Positions 56,605-64,000 of a stretch of 64,000 nt of DNA are shown here, one piece after another. This DNA is from Candidatus Stahliibacteriota bacterium (GTDB taxonomy: Bacteria; Hydrothermota; UBA3073; JACQXS01). A program made the position numbers and the translations under genes. The notes under the pieces were generated by a model. The model saw nothing but the letters and a program-made list of their open reading frames with translations, was not told where the DNA came from and made no database searches. The DNA is taken from assembly GCA_016208615.1 (NCBI GenBank), contig JACQXS010000003.1, positions 5,675 through 69,674 on the forward strand, written 5' to 3'. Position 1 is the stretch's first letter; every line of letters starts with the position of its first letter.

Positions 56605-57294
56605 ATGAAGAGGATGAATTTCTATAAATTTCAACTAATTTCAACTAATTTCCACAAGTTTCAATGGGTTATTCTATTTATATTGCTCTGCTCACTCAAC
56701 TGCTCTCGTAAGGGAACAGAAGCAGAACTGGGGCCTGAGGAGGAGTTTAAGCTCGGGATGGAGCGGTATAGTCAAAAAGATTATGATAAAGCATCTGATA
56801 GGTTTAAGCGGATAGTGTTTAGATTCCCAGGCAGTAAGTGGAGTGAGGAGGCACAATATCGGCTTGCCAGGGCACACTTTTTTTGCAAAGATTACTCAGC
56901 CGCCAAAATAGAGTATCACTTCTTTATCAATAGTTATCCTAATTCACGCTTTACAGATGATGGAGCTTATGAAGCTGCGGTATGTGGGTTTTATGAAGCT
57001 ATGCCTTATTATCTTGACCCCGCCTCTACTAAGGCTACTTTACAGGAATTTCAAGTCTTTATTAAGCGTTATTCGGATAGTGAATTAGTTGATAGTGCCA
57101 AAGTATATGCCCAGAAGTGCGTTAACAAGCTGGTGCGTAAAGATTTGGAAACAGCTAAACTATACATAAAGATGGGTAAATATGCATCTGCAATTCTATA
57201 TCTTAAAGATATTCAGAATAATTATCCCGATAACTCATATAAGGACGAAATAGCTAACTTGCTTACTAAATATGAAAACTTAAGCACTCCCTAA
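56605..57294 (+). CDS. bamD: outer membrane protein assembly factor BamD-like lipoprotein
   Basis: Cys-containing signal region, then TPR-like FKLGMERYSQKDYDKASDRFKRIVFRFPGSKWSEEAQYRLARAHF...Y.....F...YP.S......Y. SD AAGGAGGA lies upstream. The N-terminus (NFYKFQLISTNFHKFQW) is encoded by the right repeat array. Confidence 0.75.
   Translation: MKRMNFYKFQLISTNFHKFQWVILFILLCSLNCSRKGTEAELGPEEEFKLGMERYSQKDYDKASDRFKRIVFRFPGSKWSEEAQYRLARAHFFCKDYSAAKIEYHFFINSYPNSRFTDDGAYEAAVCGFYEAMPYYLDPASTKATLQEFQVFIKRYSDSELVDSAKVYAQKCVNKLVRKDLETAKLYIKMGKYASAILYLKDIQNNYPDNSYKDEIANLLTKYENLSTP
56617..56665 (-). repeat. right array: 5 x AATTTCNA units with exact 10-bp period, inverted relative to the left array
   Basis: Units are at 56617 (AATTTCTA, the exact complement of TAGAAATT), 56627, 56637, 56647 and 56657. 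Confidence 0.85.
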
Positions 57295-57360
57295 CACTAT
57301 GTAGAGAAAATTAGTGATGTAGCGGAGAGGCTAATAAACCACAATAGTTGCTGTTCCCAA

Positions 57361-58155
57361 TTAGACTTTTAATTTTTCCTTCAATTGCTTATGAGGTTCT
57401 GGATAATGACCAATTCCTCTGTACTTTTTAGTGTAAATTGCTTTATCGGGACAATGATTATAACAAGCCCAGCATCCATAACATTTATTCATATTAAAAG
57501 TGGGACTTGGACTAAGTTTAATTGCTTCGTAGGGGCATATTTTTTCACATTTACCACATTCCGTGCAAAGCTGCTCATCAACATACTTTTCTCCCATATC
57601 CTTTCGTGCTTTAGTGCGAGAAAATGTTGGTATTAAACTATCTAATAAACCAATCTTTATTTTCTTTTTTGGGATTTCTTTACCTTTTTTAAGCAGAATA
57701 AGAAGACGGTCCAAATCAGAAATAAAGTTGTTAAATTCATTCATTTCTTTTTTGCTTGGTGCTTGTTTATTACTTCTACCTTTGGCAATCATTGGTGGAT
57801 AATTTTCGGGCGTATGAAGTGAATGGTAGGCGATTATTTTAAAACCTTTTGCAGTAACCCATTTATCAAAAATCTTGAGCGTCTTACCGCTCATCCCACC
57901 ATATGTGTTAAACACAAAAGCAAGCTTATCCTTCTGTTGAGGCAAATTTTCTATAAAAGTTTGAACTAAATAGGGGGGTCCAAAAAAATCTGCGAAAGTA
58001 GCAAATCCAACTAAATTATATTTTTCTAAATTAGGGATGCCATCTTTAACAATATTGAAGATATCAATTTCAATATTCTTTATCTTTTTCACAATATACT
58101 GACACGCCAATTTTGTATTACCCGACCCTGAATAGTAATAAATAATGCCTTTCAT
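57361..58155 (-). CDS. EFR1-family ferredoxin (flavodoxin-like domain + 2x[4Fe-4S])
   Basis: MKGIIYYYSGSGNTKLACQYI is a flavodoxin-like N-terminus. The C-terminus has CTECGKCEKICP and CYGCWACYNHCP cluster motifs. Confidence 0.75.
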   Translation of the reverse strand: MKGIIYYYSGSGNTKLACQYIVKKIKNIEIDIFNIVKDGIPNLEKYNLVGFATFADFFGPPYLVQTFIENLPQQKDKLAFVFNTYGGMSGKTLKIFDKWVTAKGFKIIAYHSLHTPENYPPMIAKGRSNKQAPSKKEMNEFNNFISDLDRLLILLKKGKEIPKKKIKIGLLDSLIPTFSRTKARKDMGEKYVDEQLCTECGKCEKICPYEAIKLSPSPTFNMNKCYGCWACYNHCPDKAIYTKKYRGIGHYPEPHKQLKEKLKV

Positions 58156-58235
58156 TTTTACAACCTCCTTTTTATTATGCTCTCACCCCGATGGAAATCA
58201 CCTAACAGTTTACGGATATCCCCTATTATACATCA

Positions 58236-58306
58236 GTGAACTTTCTACTTGCACAAGTCAACTTCTTACTTGCACAAGTCTTCTTACTTGCACAAGTGAA
58301 CTTTCT
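58236..58306. promoter_or_regulatory. three copies of the palindrome ACTTGCACAAGT bracketed by GTGAACTTTCT direct repeats (operator-like)
   Basis: Palindromes lie at 58247-58258, 58268-58279 and 58286-58297. GTGAACTTTCT lies at 58236-58246 and 58296-58306. A TATAAT on the minus strand (58230-58225) lies just downstream, ahead of the ferredoxin gene. Confidence 0.5.
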
Positions 58307-58402
58307 GCTGTTATGTAATAGGAAAAACAAGAGAAACCAAAAGACATTATTTTTTAATGTAGCACCCATAAAGTGGTTTTATAACACATACCACCAATAA
58401 GA

Positions 58403-58969
58403 CTATAAACCACCGGTGGTTGCCATATAATTCAGTTTTATCTCTTTTAGAATACCTTTTACTTTTTTGACTTGGTCTTTCCTGACCATCAGTTTTGCTG
58501 GCTCTACTGGTCGTATTTGTAGGGAATACTCGTCTTTGAAAAAGTAAGGTACCTTCTCACTATCTAATATAGACTTTATTATCACAATATCTCCCATATT
58601 AAAAGTAGCAAGCACTTCTTCAAAATCTACATAAACATATTCAGTCTTTGGCTCAGGAGAAAGTTCTGATACTAAAGGAACTTTACAATCAGCACATTCA
58701 GTAAATCCTTTTCTATATTCAGCTCTACATTTAGGACAAAACACAGGGCCTCCTTTCTGCAGGAATACATTTTTAATGTAAAACACATAAAATGGTTTTA
58801 TTATACATACCACCAATAAGACTACAAACCACCATATAGATATATCCATTATTTGAGGTATTAGTTTTGCGACAATAAGAGCCGCAAACATGGCAGCACC
58901 TTGGGCTAATTTTACATCTAAAATACTCAACTTTTTCACTCTCTTATTCATATTTTCCCAAATTCCCAT
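58403..58969 (-). CDS. membrane protein with zinc-ribbon and DUF2007-like C-terminal domain
   Basis: Two N-terminal TMs, CPKCRAEY...CADCKVPL (zinc ribbon), then ...GDIVIIKSILDSEKVPYFFKDE......V...LMVRKDQVKKVKGIL, which resembles DUF2007. Confidence 0.5.
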   Translation of the reverse strand: MGIWENMNKRVKKLSILDVKLAQGAAMFAALIVAKLIPQIMDISIWWFVVLLVVCIIKPFYVFYIKNVFLQKGGPVFCPKCRAEYRKGFTECADCKVPLVSELSPEPKTEYVYVDFEEVLATFNMGDIVIIKSILDSEKVPYFFKDEYSLQIRPVEPAKLMVRKDQVKKVKGILKEIKLNYMATTGGL

Positions 58970-59131
58970 AAAGCACCTCCTTTTTTAGAGGAACTACAAA
59001 CTTACCTCACTTGTTGAGGGTGTCTTATTTTTAGTTGAAAATGACCGACACCCCCTAATCTCTCCCCCAAAATTTTTATCCAATGCTATCATCAGAAAGA
59101 ATAGGATTGCTGAGTCCAAGTAAAAGAGTTT

Positions 59132-61000
59132 TTACTTATAAGGTATCTTTTTAAGATCACACCCAATGTTTATTTCTGCTGTAAGCGCAGGATTTTCTAT
59201 AGGCAGTTGGTTCCATTTTTTATTATTTCCGGCAAATTTTTCATTATATTTATCATTGCCCCGGCCATCAAAAAATATACCTATGCAATTCATATAGTCT
59301 CTTAAGCTACCTCTTTTGCCAATATTTGCTTTCCCTAATGTTAAGCCACTGTGAGTATCATATACATCGTTCCCTATAATATCCATAAATAATCCCATTC
59401 CATTGGCATTGCCAGCGCCCAGACTTAAATTTGGTGAACTGTAACAGTCGTCCCCTTCATACTCAACTAACACTCCTAATGAGAAGTCATGTCCTGCCCC
59501 TTGTGCCATATTCATACTTGCAACATAAGTATCATTCCCTGCTGAATCAATGAGCACCCCTATTGCAAAATGTGCACAAGCTCCTTGAACATACCAGACT
59601 CCATTATACCTATCATCTCCTTTGTAATCAAGCAATGCTCCTATGCCAAACCAATACCCTACGCCTTGACCAAAAACACCACAAGAATAAGAATCATTAC
59701 CATCAAAATCTAAAAGCATACCTATTCCTCCGGCTAATGAATGCCCATCTGTGAAGTCCGCCCTTACCCCATAGCCAGCTCCTTGGGCAAAACTAACATT
59801 ATGCTCCTTAGTTTGGGGAGAAGGATATTTTATTGTATCATCGCAAGCTATATAGGTATCATTACCAGCTTTATCTATAAGAATGCCACTCCCCTTAACA
59901 AAACCAAATCCCTGTGCCTGTTGGAATGCAGTATAAGTATCATTACCTGCTATATCGGATAAAACTCCGCACCCAAAAATACCGGCACCTTCACCATAAA
60001 AATCAACATAATAATTATCATCACCAGCTAAATCAAGTAATAAGCCTAAACCAAATATTCCTGTCCCTACGCCAACTAATTTTGAGGAATAATAGTCGTC
60101 TCCTCCCTTATCTACTAATATGCCATAACCGGCAACCCCGGTAGCTATTCCTATACTATCTGATAAATAAACATCATTGCCTCCAAAATCCATAGAAATT
60201 GAGATAGGAGTTTTAATTGAGCTTGTTGCAGCTGAATAGTAAGTATCAGCACCTGCAGGGTCAATAATCAACAAATATGGTGGTTCATTATATATATCAG
60301 GCCCATTTGTTCCTATAACTATTTTACCGTATTTAGAGGTCCAATTTATTTGAGGCAACTCATCCAGTTTAGTTATTTCTGACATAGCTTTATGAATACA
60401 AAATGAAAGATCCTGTGCTCCTGCAGAAATATACTTATAGTCTATTTTGTCTATCAATTCTTCCATCTTTTTATTTGATAGGCTATCTTTCAATAAAAGG
60501 ACTATAGAACTGTCTAATTCTTGCAAGTTAACTAACCTAAAAGCTTCGTGTAGCCATTCGTTACTTTGTTTTATTTGAGTTAAAATAAAGATGAGTATAG
60601 TCTTAACATTGTCTTCCAAGAAAGCGAACTCCGTGTCAGAGAGGATAAAATATTCTTTTAATTCTTTATCACGATTTCCCAAACTAATTATAGAATCCCA
60701 GAGTATCTTATCTTGTCTCTCTATTAAGCCACGTCGCACTATTTCGTCTGTCCTTGCGAAAGCAAAGTAAGAAAGCGCCCATAATGAATCTGCATTAGTT
60801 AAAATCCCATTACTTAATGTCATCAAATAAGGGGATACTTTTATTGGACTATCCATTAATACATCAAAAAGCTTCAATCTATATTTGCCGTAGCCGTAAA
60901 ATCCCACATCAGCCAAATCTAATTTAAGCTCTCCTGTTCTTAAATTAAATTCACGAGCTACCGAACTTAGGGGACTAATTTTTATTAAAAACACAAACAA
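59132..61000 (-). CDS. secreted repeat protein, 11 x G(N/D)DxY-containing ~22-aa repeats (probable beta-helix/beta-roll)
   Basis: GNDVY, GDDYY, GDDNYY, GNDTY x3, GNDSY, GDDRY, GDDCY, GNDVY and GNDKY recur with G.G.L.D context. It has an N-terminal helical domain. No family recognised. Confidence 0.45.
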   Translation of the reverse strand: MFVFLIKISPLSSVAREFNLRTGELKLDLADVGFYGYGKYRLKLFDVLMDSPIKVSPYLMTLSNGILTNADSLWALSYFAFARTDEIVRRGLIERQDKILWDSIISLGNRDKELKEYFILSDTEFAFLEDNVKTILIFILTQIKQSNEWLHEAFRLVNLQELDSSIVLLLKDSLSNKKMEELIDKIDYKYISAGAQDLSFCIHKAMSEITKLDELPQINWTSKYGKIVIGTNGPDIYNEPPYLLIIDPAGADTYYSAATSSIKTPISISMDFGGNDVYLSDSIGIATGVAGYGILVDKGGDDYYSSKLVGVGTGIFGLGLLLDLAGDDNYYVDFYGEGAGIFGCGVLSDIAGNDTYTAFQQAQGFGFVKGSGILIDKAGNDTYIACDDTIKYPSPQTKEHNVSFAQGAGYGVRADFTDGHSLAGGIGMLLDFDGNDSYSCGVFGQGVGYWFGIGALLDYKGDDRYNGVWYVQGACAHFAIGVLIDSAGNDTYVASMNMAQGAGHDFSLGVLVEYEGDDCYSSPNLSLGAGNANGMGLFMDIIGNDVYDTHSGLTLGKANIGKRGSLRDYMNCIGIFFDGRGNDKYNEKFAGNNKKWNQLPIENPALTAEINIGCDLKKIPYK

Positions 61001-61038
61001 TAAAGATAAATTAAAAATAATTTCTCCTTAAACACTTT

Positions 61039-61326
61039 CTAAACCCATCTTTGTCCATCCCAAAAAACTGGGGCGTGACGAACAAGAACAATAATTAGCA
61101 GGATTATAGTTATTGACACTACTACTCCCACAATCCCGCAAACAAAACCTGCTGTTGCCATCCCATCACCTGTAAGCGTTCCATTACTATGTTGGATTTC
61201 CTTTTTTGCCCTAATGCCAAACACTATTCCTATGATGCCAAGTACTATCCCCATTACAGGCATTAAATTGCTCAATATCCCGCAGACAAGTGAAACAATA
61301 GCTTTGCCTGATATTCTATGTTCCAT
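61039..61326 (-). CDS. DUF4190-like small membrane protein
   Basis: GKAIVSLVCGILS...GIVLGIIGIVFGIRAKKEI.....L.G.GMATAGFVCGIVG is the DUF4190 pattern. Confidence 0.6.
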   Translation of the reverse strand: MEHRISGKAIVSLVCGILSNLMPVMGIVLGIIGIVFGIRAKKEIQHSNGTLTGDGMATAGFVCGIVGVVVSITIILLIIVLVRHAPVFWDGQRWV

Positions 61327-61516
61327 TATTTTTTCTTCTCCTTATGGGTAGTCTGCTGACTATCATATTTACTCCAACAGCTATAAGGACTGAGGGCCAG
61401 ATAATACTCCATATAGGATAAGTTATTATTCCCAAATTTCGTAATAGGAATACGACCCCAATAATTAATACCACAAGCCCACATGTTATATCGCCTCTCC
61501 ATCCACACATACACAT
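61316..61516 (-). CDS. small two-TM membrane protein (DUF5668/LiaF-N-like)
   Basis: 66 aa: GLVVLIIGVVFLLRNLGII...IWPSVLIAVGVNMI. It overlaps the downstream gene's start. Confidence 0.4.
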   Translation of the reverse strand: MCMCGWRGDITCGLVVLIIGVVFLLRNLGIITYPIWSIIWPSVLIAVGVNMIVSRLPIRRRKNNGT

Positions 61517-61531
61517 TTGACCTCCTTATAT

Positions 61532-61840
61532 TTAGTTTAAGTTCCCTATTAAAGCTAATATAAAGTTCAAAAATCCTATAGAAAGTCCAAGCGTACCGAG
61601 TACTGCCATCAAGACTAATGTAGTTATACCGAGTCCAACAATTCCAAGCACCAGCCCCGCAATTGCCATCCCTTCACCTGAAAGTTTGCCATTACTTCTT
61701 TTTATAGCTGACCGTGCCTGTGCCCCAAATATAATTGCCAGTATATCTAATACATAGCCCCCAAAAGGTATAAACCAACCACAAATCCCTAAGACCAGCG
61801 AAGCTACTGCTTTACCACTATTTTTTACTTCATCTATCAT
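61532..61840 (-). CDS. DUF4190-like small membrane protein (paralog of 61039-61326)
   Basis: GKAVASLVLGICG...ILAIIFGAQARSAIKRSNGKLSGEGMAIAGLVLGIVG is parallel to the neighbouring paralog. Confidence 0.6.
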   Translation of the reverse strand: MIDEVKNSGKAVASLVLGICGWFIPFGGYVLDILAIIFGAQARSAIKRSNGKLSGEGMAIAGLVLGIVGLGITTLVLMAVLGTLGLSIGFLNFILALIGNLN

Positions 61841-61876
61841 TTTAATTAATTTGGAGTCTGCTAAAAACCCCTTTTA

Positions 61877-61975
61877 TGTCACCTCCGATAGGAGTCCTTC
61901 GGACTTGATGTCACCCTGAACTCGTTTCAGGGTCTCATTTACATGCTGAAACAAGTTCAGCATGTAAATTTACAG
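61877..61975. repeat. REP-like element cluster
   Basis: TGTCACCTCCGATAGGAGTCCTTCGGAC (identical 28-mer at 63508-63535), a GTCACCCTGAActcgtTTCAGGGTCTC hairpin, and a perfect 13-bp-stem hairpin TTTACATGCTGAA-acaag-TTCAGCATGTAAA (61938-61968). Confidence 0.85.
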
Positions 61976-61998
61976 TGATTACCACTTTTTCAGCACCT

Positions 61999-62385
61999 TC
62001 AATTTGACAAAGCAGTTGGTGCTATCAGTTTATGGCCATTAGCATCTGTGAGTTTGTTACATGCTATAAGAATTACATCTATTATCCACCATATACCAAG
62101 TCCACCAAGAGTGAGTAGCTTCAAAATCCCCAACCCCACATATTTGAGATAAAATCTATCCACCCCTATACAGCCCAAAAAAATAGATAAAAGTAACGCC
62201 ACTAACCAATCTTTTTCGCCTATACCTGAAAGGCGAGCACCACACTTTGTGCAAATTACAGCTACAGCATTAGTCTCTGCGCCGCAGTGTTGGCAAAACT
62301 TATTGCCAGACAATGGCCTAACTCCGCACCCAATACAGACTACTGCGTTATCCTGAATCTGCTTCCCGCAAGTCCTACAATACAT
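61999..62385 (-). CDS. double zinc-ribbon + TM2-domain membrane protein
   Basis: [10 protein letters not shown]...CIGCG...FCQHCG...CTKCG, then [40 protein letters not shown] (TM2 domain). The ATG at 62385 is preceded by AAGGAGGG. Confidence 0.75.
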   Translation of the reverse strand: MYCRTCGKQIQDNAVVCIGCGVRPLSGNKFCQHCGAETNAVAVICTKCGARLSGIGEKDWLVALLLSIFLGCIGVDRFYLKYVGLGILKLLTLGGLGIWWIIDVILIACNKLTDANGHKLIAPTALSN

Positions 62386-62398
62386 TTTATCACCCTCC

Positions 62399-63421
62399 TT
62401 ATTTTGTAAAGTAGCCAAAAATAAGTCCCGCCGAGGCACAATAGTTGGAGAGATTTATTTCCGGCGCCCCTGTAATCGGTTCGCCCATTTCCTTCCACTC
62501 CCCGAGTGAAGTGCCAAAGTAGCCACCTCTTAAATTAAGATAACACCAAGGAGTAATGGGATATTGTATGCCTACATATGGTTGATAATGAAAAAAATCA
62601 CACTCAAGATATGTTTCATACATATCTGCATCTACCGAGTCGGAGCTAAAATTATGCCATATATCTTGCCAACTTATTCCTTTGACACGGGAGATTGTAA
62701 GCTCTACTCCACCACCACCTAAAACAGTACCGATAAAAAATTGTGCCTTACCAAGCGATAAAATATATTCCATAAGAAAGCCACCATATCCAATTGAAAG
62801 CTCTGCCCGTCGCTCATTACCACTTTTAACTTGAACACCTCCGCCACCCATTCCACCGATGCGTATATTTTCCCAGATACAGCCAGACCCACCTCCTCCA
62901 TTAAGCCACATACTGGTATTAAAACCAGTGCCTATCACTTTTGTTATTTCGTTATTTATTTCGCCTAACTTTGGCTGAACCCATAAAAATATAGGTCCGC
63001 CACCTCCACCAAATACACCACCAGACTTATCTTCATCAGAATCTGAAAGATTTATATTTATTTCCTTCTTCTCCCTCTCGCCAAGTTTGACCTTATACTT
63101 CCATTCTTCTTTGTTTCTTAAAACTGTAAGCCCAATAGTCTCATTAGGATGGGAAAATATCATTGTATTAAATTCCTTAACACTATTTATCTTCTCATCA
63201 TTAACCGCAAGTATCACATCACCTGTCTTTATACCCGCACTATCAGCCGGTGAGCCATCTATCACCTCAGCAATAATTACCCCAGACTCCACACCTATCG
63301 CCTTTCTTACCGCATCACCCAGATTGTTGAGATATACTCCCATATATCCTTCTTTAGCCCCTAACCCTATGACCGGCAAAAGTAAGCCGATTAAAAAAGC
63401 TATCCTTTTCATCCTATTCAT
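62399..63421 (-). CDS. secreted PDZ-domain protein with Gly-rich C-terminal beta-rich domain
   Basis: Signal peptide [19 protein letters not shown], and a PDZ core [38 protein letters not shown]. Confidence 0.7.
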   Translation of the reverse strand: MNRMKRIAFLIGLLLPVIGLGAKEGYMGVYLNNLGDAVRKAIGVESGVIIAEVIDGSPADSAGIKTGDVILAVNDEKINSVKEFNTMIFSHPNETIGLTVLRNKEEWKYKVKLGEREKKEININLSDSDEDKSGGVFGGGGGPIFLWVQPKLGEINNEITKVIGTGFNTSMWLNGGGGSGCIWENIRIGGMGGGGVQVKSGNERRAELSIGYGGFLMEYILSLGKAQFFIGTVLGGGGVELTISRVKGISWQDIWHNFSSDSVDADMYETYLECDFFHYQPYVGIQYPITPWCYLNLRGGYFGTSLGEWKEMGEPITGAPEINLSNYCASAGLIFGYFTK

Positions 63422-63507
63422 CTTTCTACCTCCTTTAACTTACAAAGTAATCTAAAAATCCCCATTGTCAATTAGAAATTTACGAGACTGCTGGAAAATA
63501 CCCTTTT

Positions 63508-63682
63508 TGTCACCTCCGATAGGAGTCCTTCGGACCTGAGCGAAGCGAATAAACCCAATTCTCTTTTGTCACCCTGAGCTCTTCCTTTGTCACCCTGAGC
63601 GAAGCGAAGGGTCTCATAAAGTATTGATTTTATTAGATTCTTCACTTCGTTCAGAATGACAAGAGAAAGGATCAGAATGACA
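63508..63682. repeat. REP-like element cluster (several family members in both orientations)
   Basis: The 28-mer TGTCACCTCCGATAGGAGTCCTTCGGAC, CTGAGCGAAGCGAA, GTCACCCTGAGC x2, GCGAAGCGAAGGGTCTC, then the inverted GATTCTTCACTTCGTTCAGAATGACAAG and ATCAGAATGACA. ORF 63472-63717 is its translation artefact. Confidence 0.85.
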
Positions 63683-63717
63683 TTTCCATTTTTCTTAGAC
63701 TTTTCCAGCAAGCTCAT

Positions 63718-63978
63718 TTACGATTCCTTTTTTGCCGCAATCCTGTACCAGATAACTAATGCAAGTCCAATAAATAGCAATATCAATCCAGCCCCCATAT
63801 TCCATTCCTCTATTTCTTTGGCAACAACACTATAGATAACCAGCGCAGCCCCGATACCCAAGCAAATAAATCCTCTTCGCAATGTGTCAAGAGAGGTAAC
63901 TATCTTTGATGTCCGTGTAGCTTCTGTGGGTAGCTCAATTCCTTTTTCAATAGCTGCCATCCTTTCTTTTGATATCAT
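63718..63978 (-). CDS. small two-TM membrane protein
   Basis: 86 aa with two hydrophobic helices (GFICLGIGAALVIYSVV; GAGLILLFIGLALVIWY). No family recognised. Confidence 0.4.
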   Translation of the reverse strand: MISKERMAAIEKGIELPTEATRTSKIVTSLDTLRRGFICLGIGAALVIYSVVAKEIEEWNMGAGLILLFIGLALVIWYRIAAKKES

Positions 63979-64000
63979 TGCCCGTTTTCTGTAATCAAAG

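Noticed and set aside
63472-63717. 81-aa ORF (..VILNEVKNL...RFAQGDKGRAQGDK..)
   Set aside because: The whole ORF is a read-through of the REP-like element cluster (GTCATTCTGA / GTCACCCTGAGC units). The same peptides arise wherever the repeat occurs. It is treated as a translation artefact, not a gene.

Overview
AT-rich bacterial chromosomal window. It is dense with housekeeping genes: wecB, arcC, an orphan 5S rRNA, rplY, prs, ispE, ridA, era, lptF/G, guaB, rpsT, glyS, a PMM/PGM-family mutase, rplJ-rplL, asnB, pyrC, dxs, ligA, punA and bamD, plus tRNA-Gln and tRNA-Gly. The source looks like an uncultivated diderm. Five large secreted proteins (FG-GAP, LVIVD, two C25 gingipain-like peptidases) end in T9SS-type C-terminal domains.

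The most unusual property is how much short repetitive DNA is tolerated inside genes. (i) REP/RPE-like palindromic elements occur both between genes and in frame inside coding sequences (wecB, asnB, pyrC, T9SS tails); two families are a GTCATTCTGARCG...GAAGAATC family and a GC-rich AAATCCCGC / GTCCCGAC hairpin family. A HUH/Y1 RAYT-like transposase gene lies at 49994-50587. (ii) Tandem arrays with a 7-8 bp period sit at gene ends or in frame in rpsT, glyS, pyrC, dxs, the mutase and signal peptides.

Other notable points:
- An R-M gene pair is bracketed by a 142-bp direct repeat that duplicates the 3' end of the neighbouring gene.
- Several genes look eroded: glyS, ligA, a radical-SAM gene broken at an A17 tract, DUF58 and lptF/G.
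- A four-helix-bundle (23S-IVS-type) gene is flanked by inverted 10-bp-periodic arrays.
- A long minus-strand operon couples PgsC and a PgsW-like protein (no PgsB seen) to outer-membrane and surface proteins. It carries an embedded overlapping two-gene cassette (unknown 157-aa protein + DUF1828/DUF1829-like) that is a candidate novel system.
- There is a ParE/RelE TA pair and two PaREP1/HEPN-like genes.

All calls come from reading the sequence and from remembered family signatures. No database search was run.
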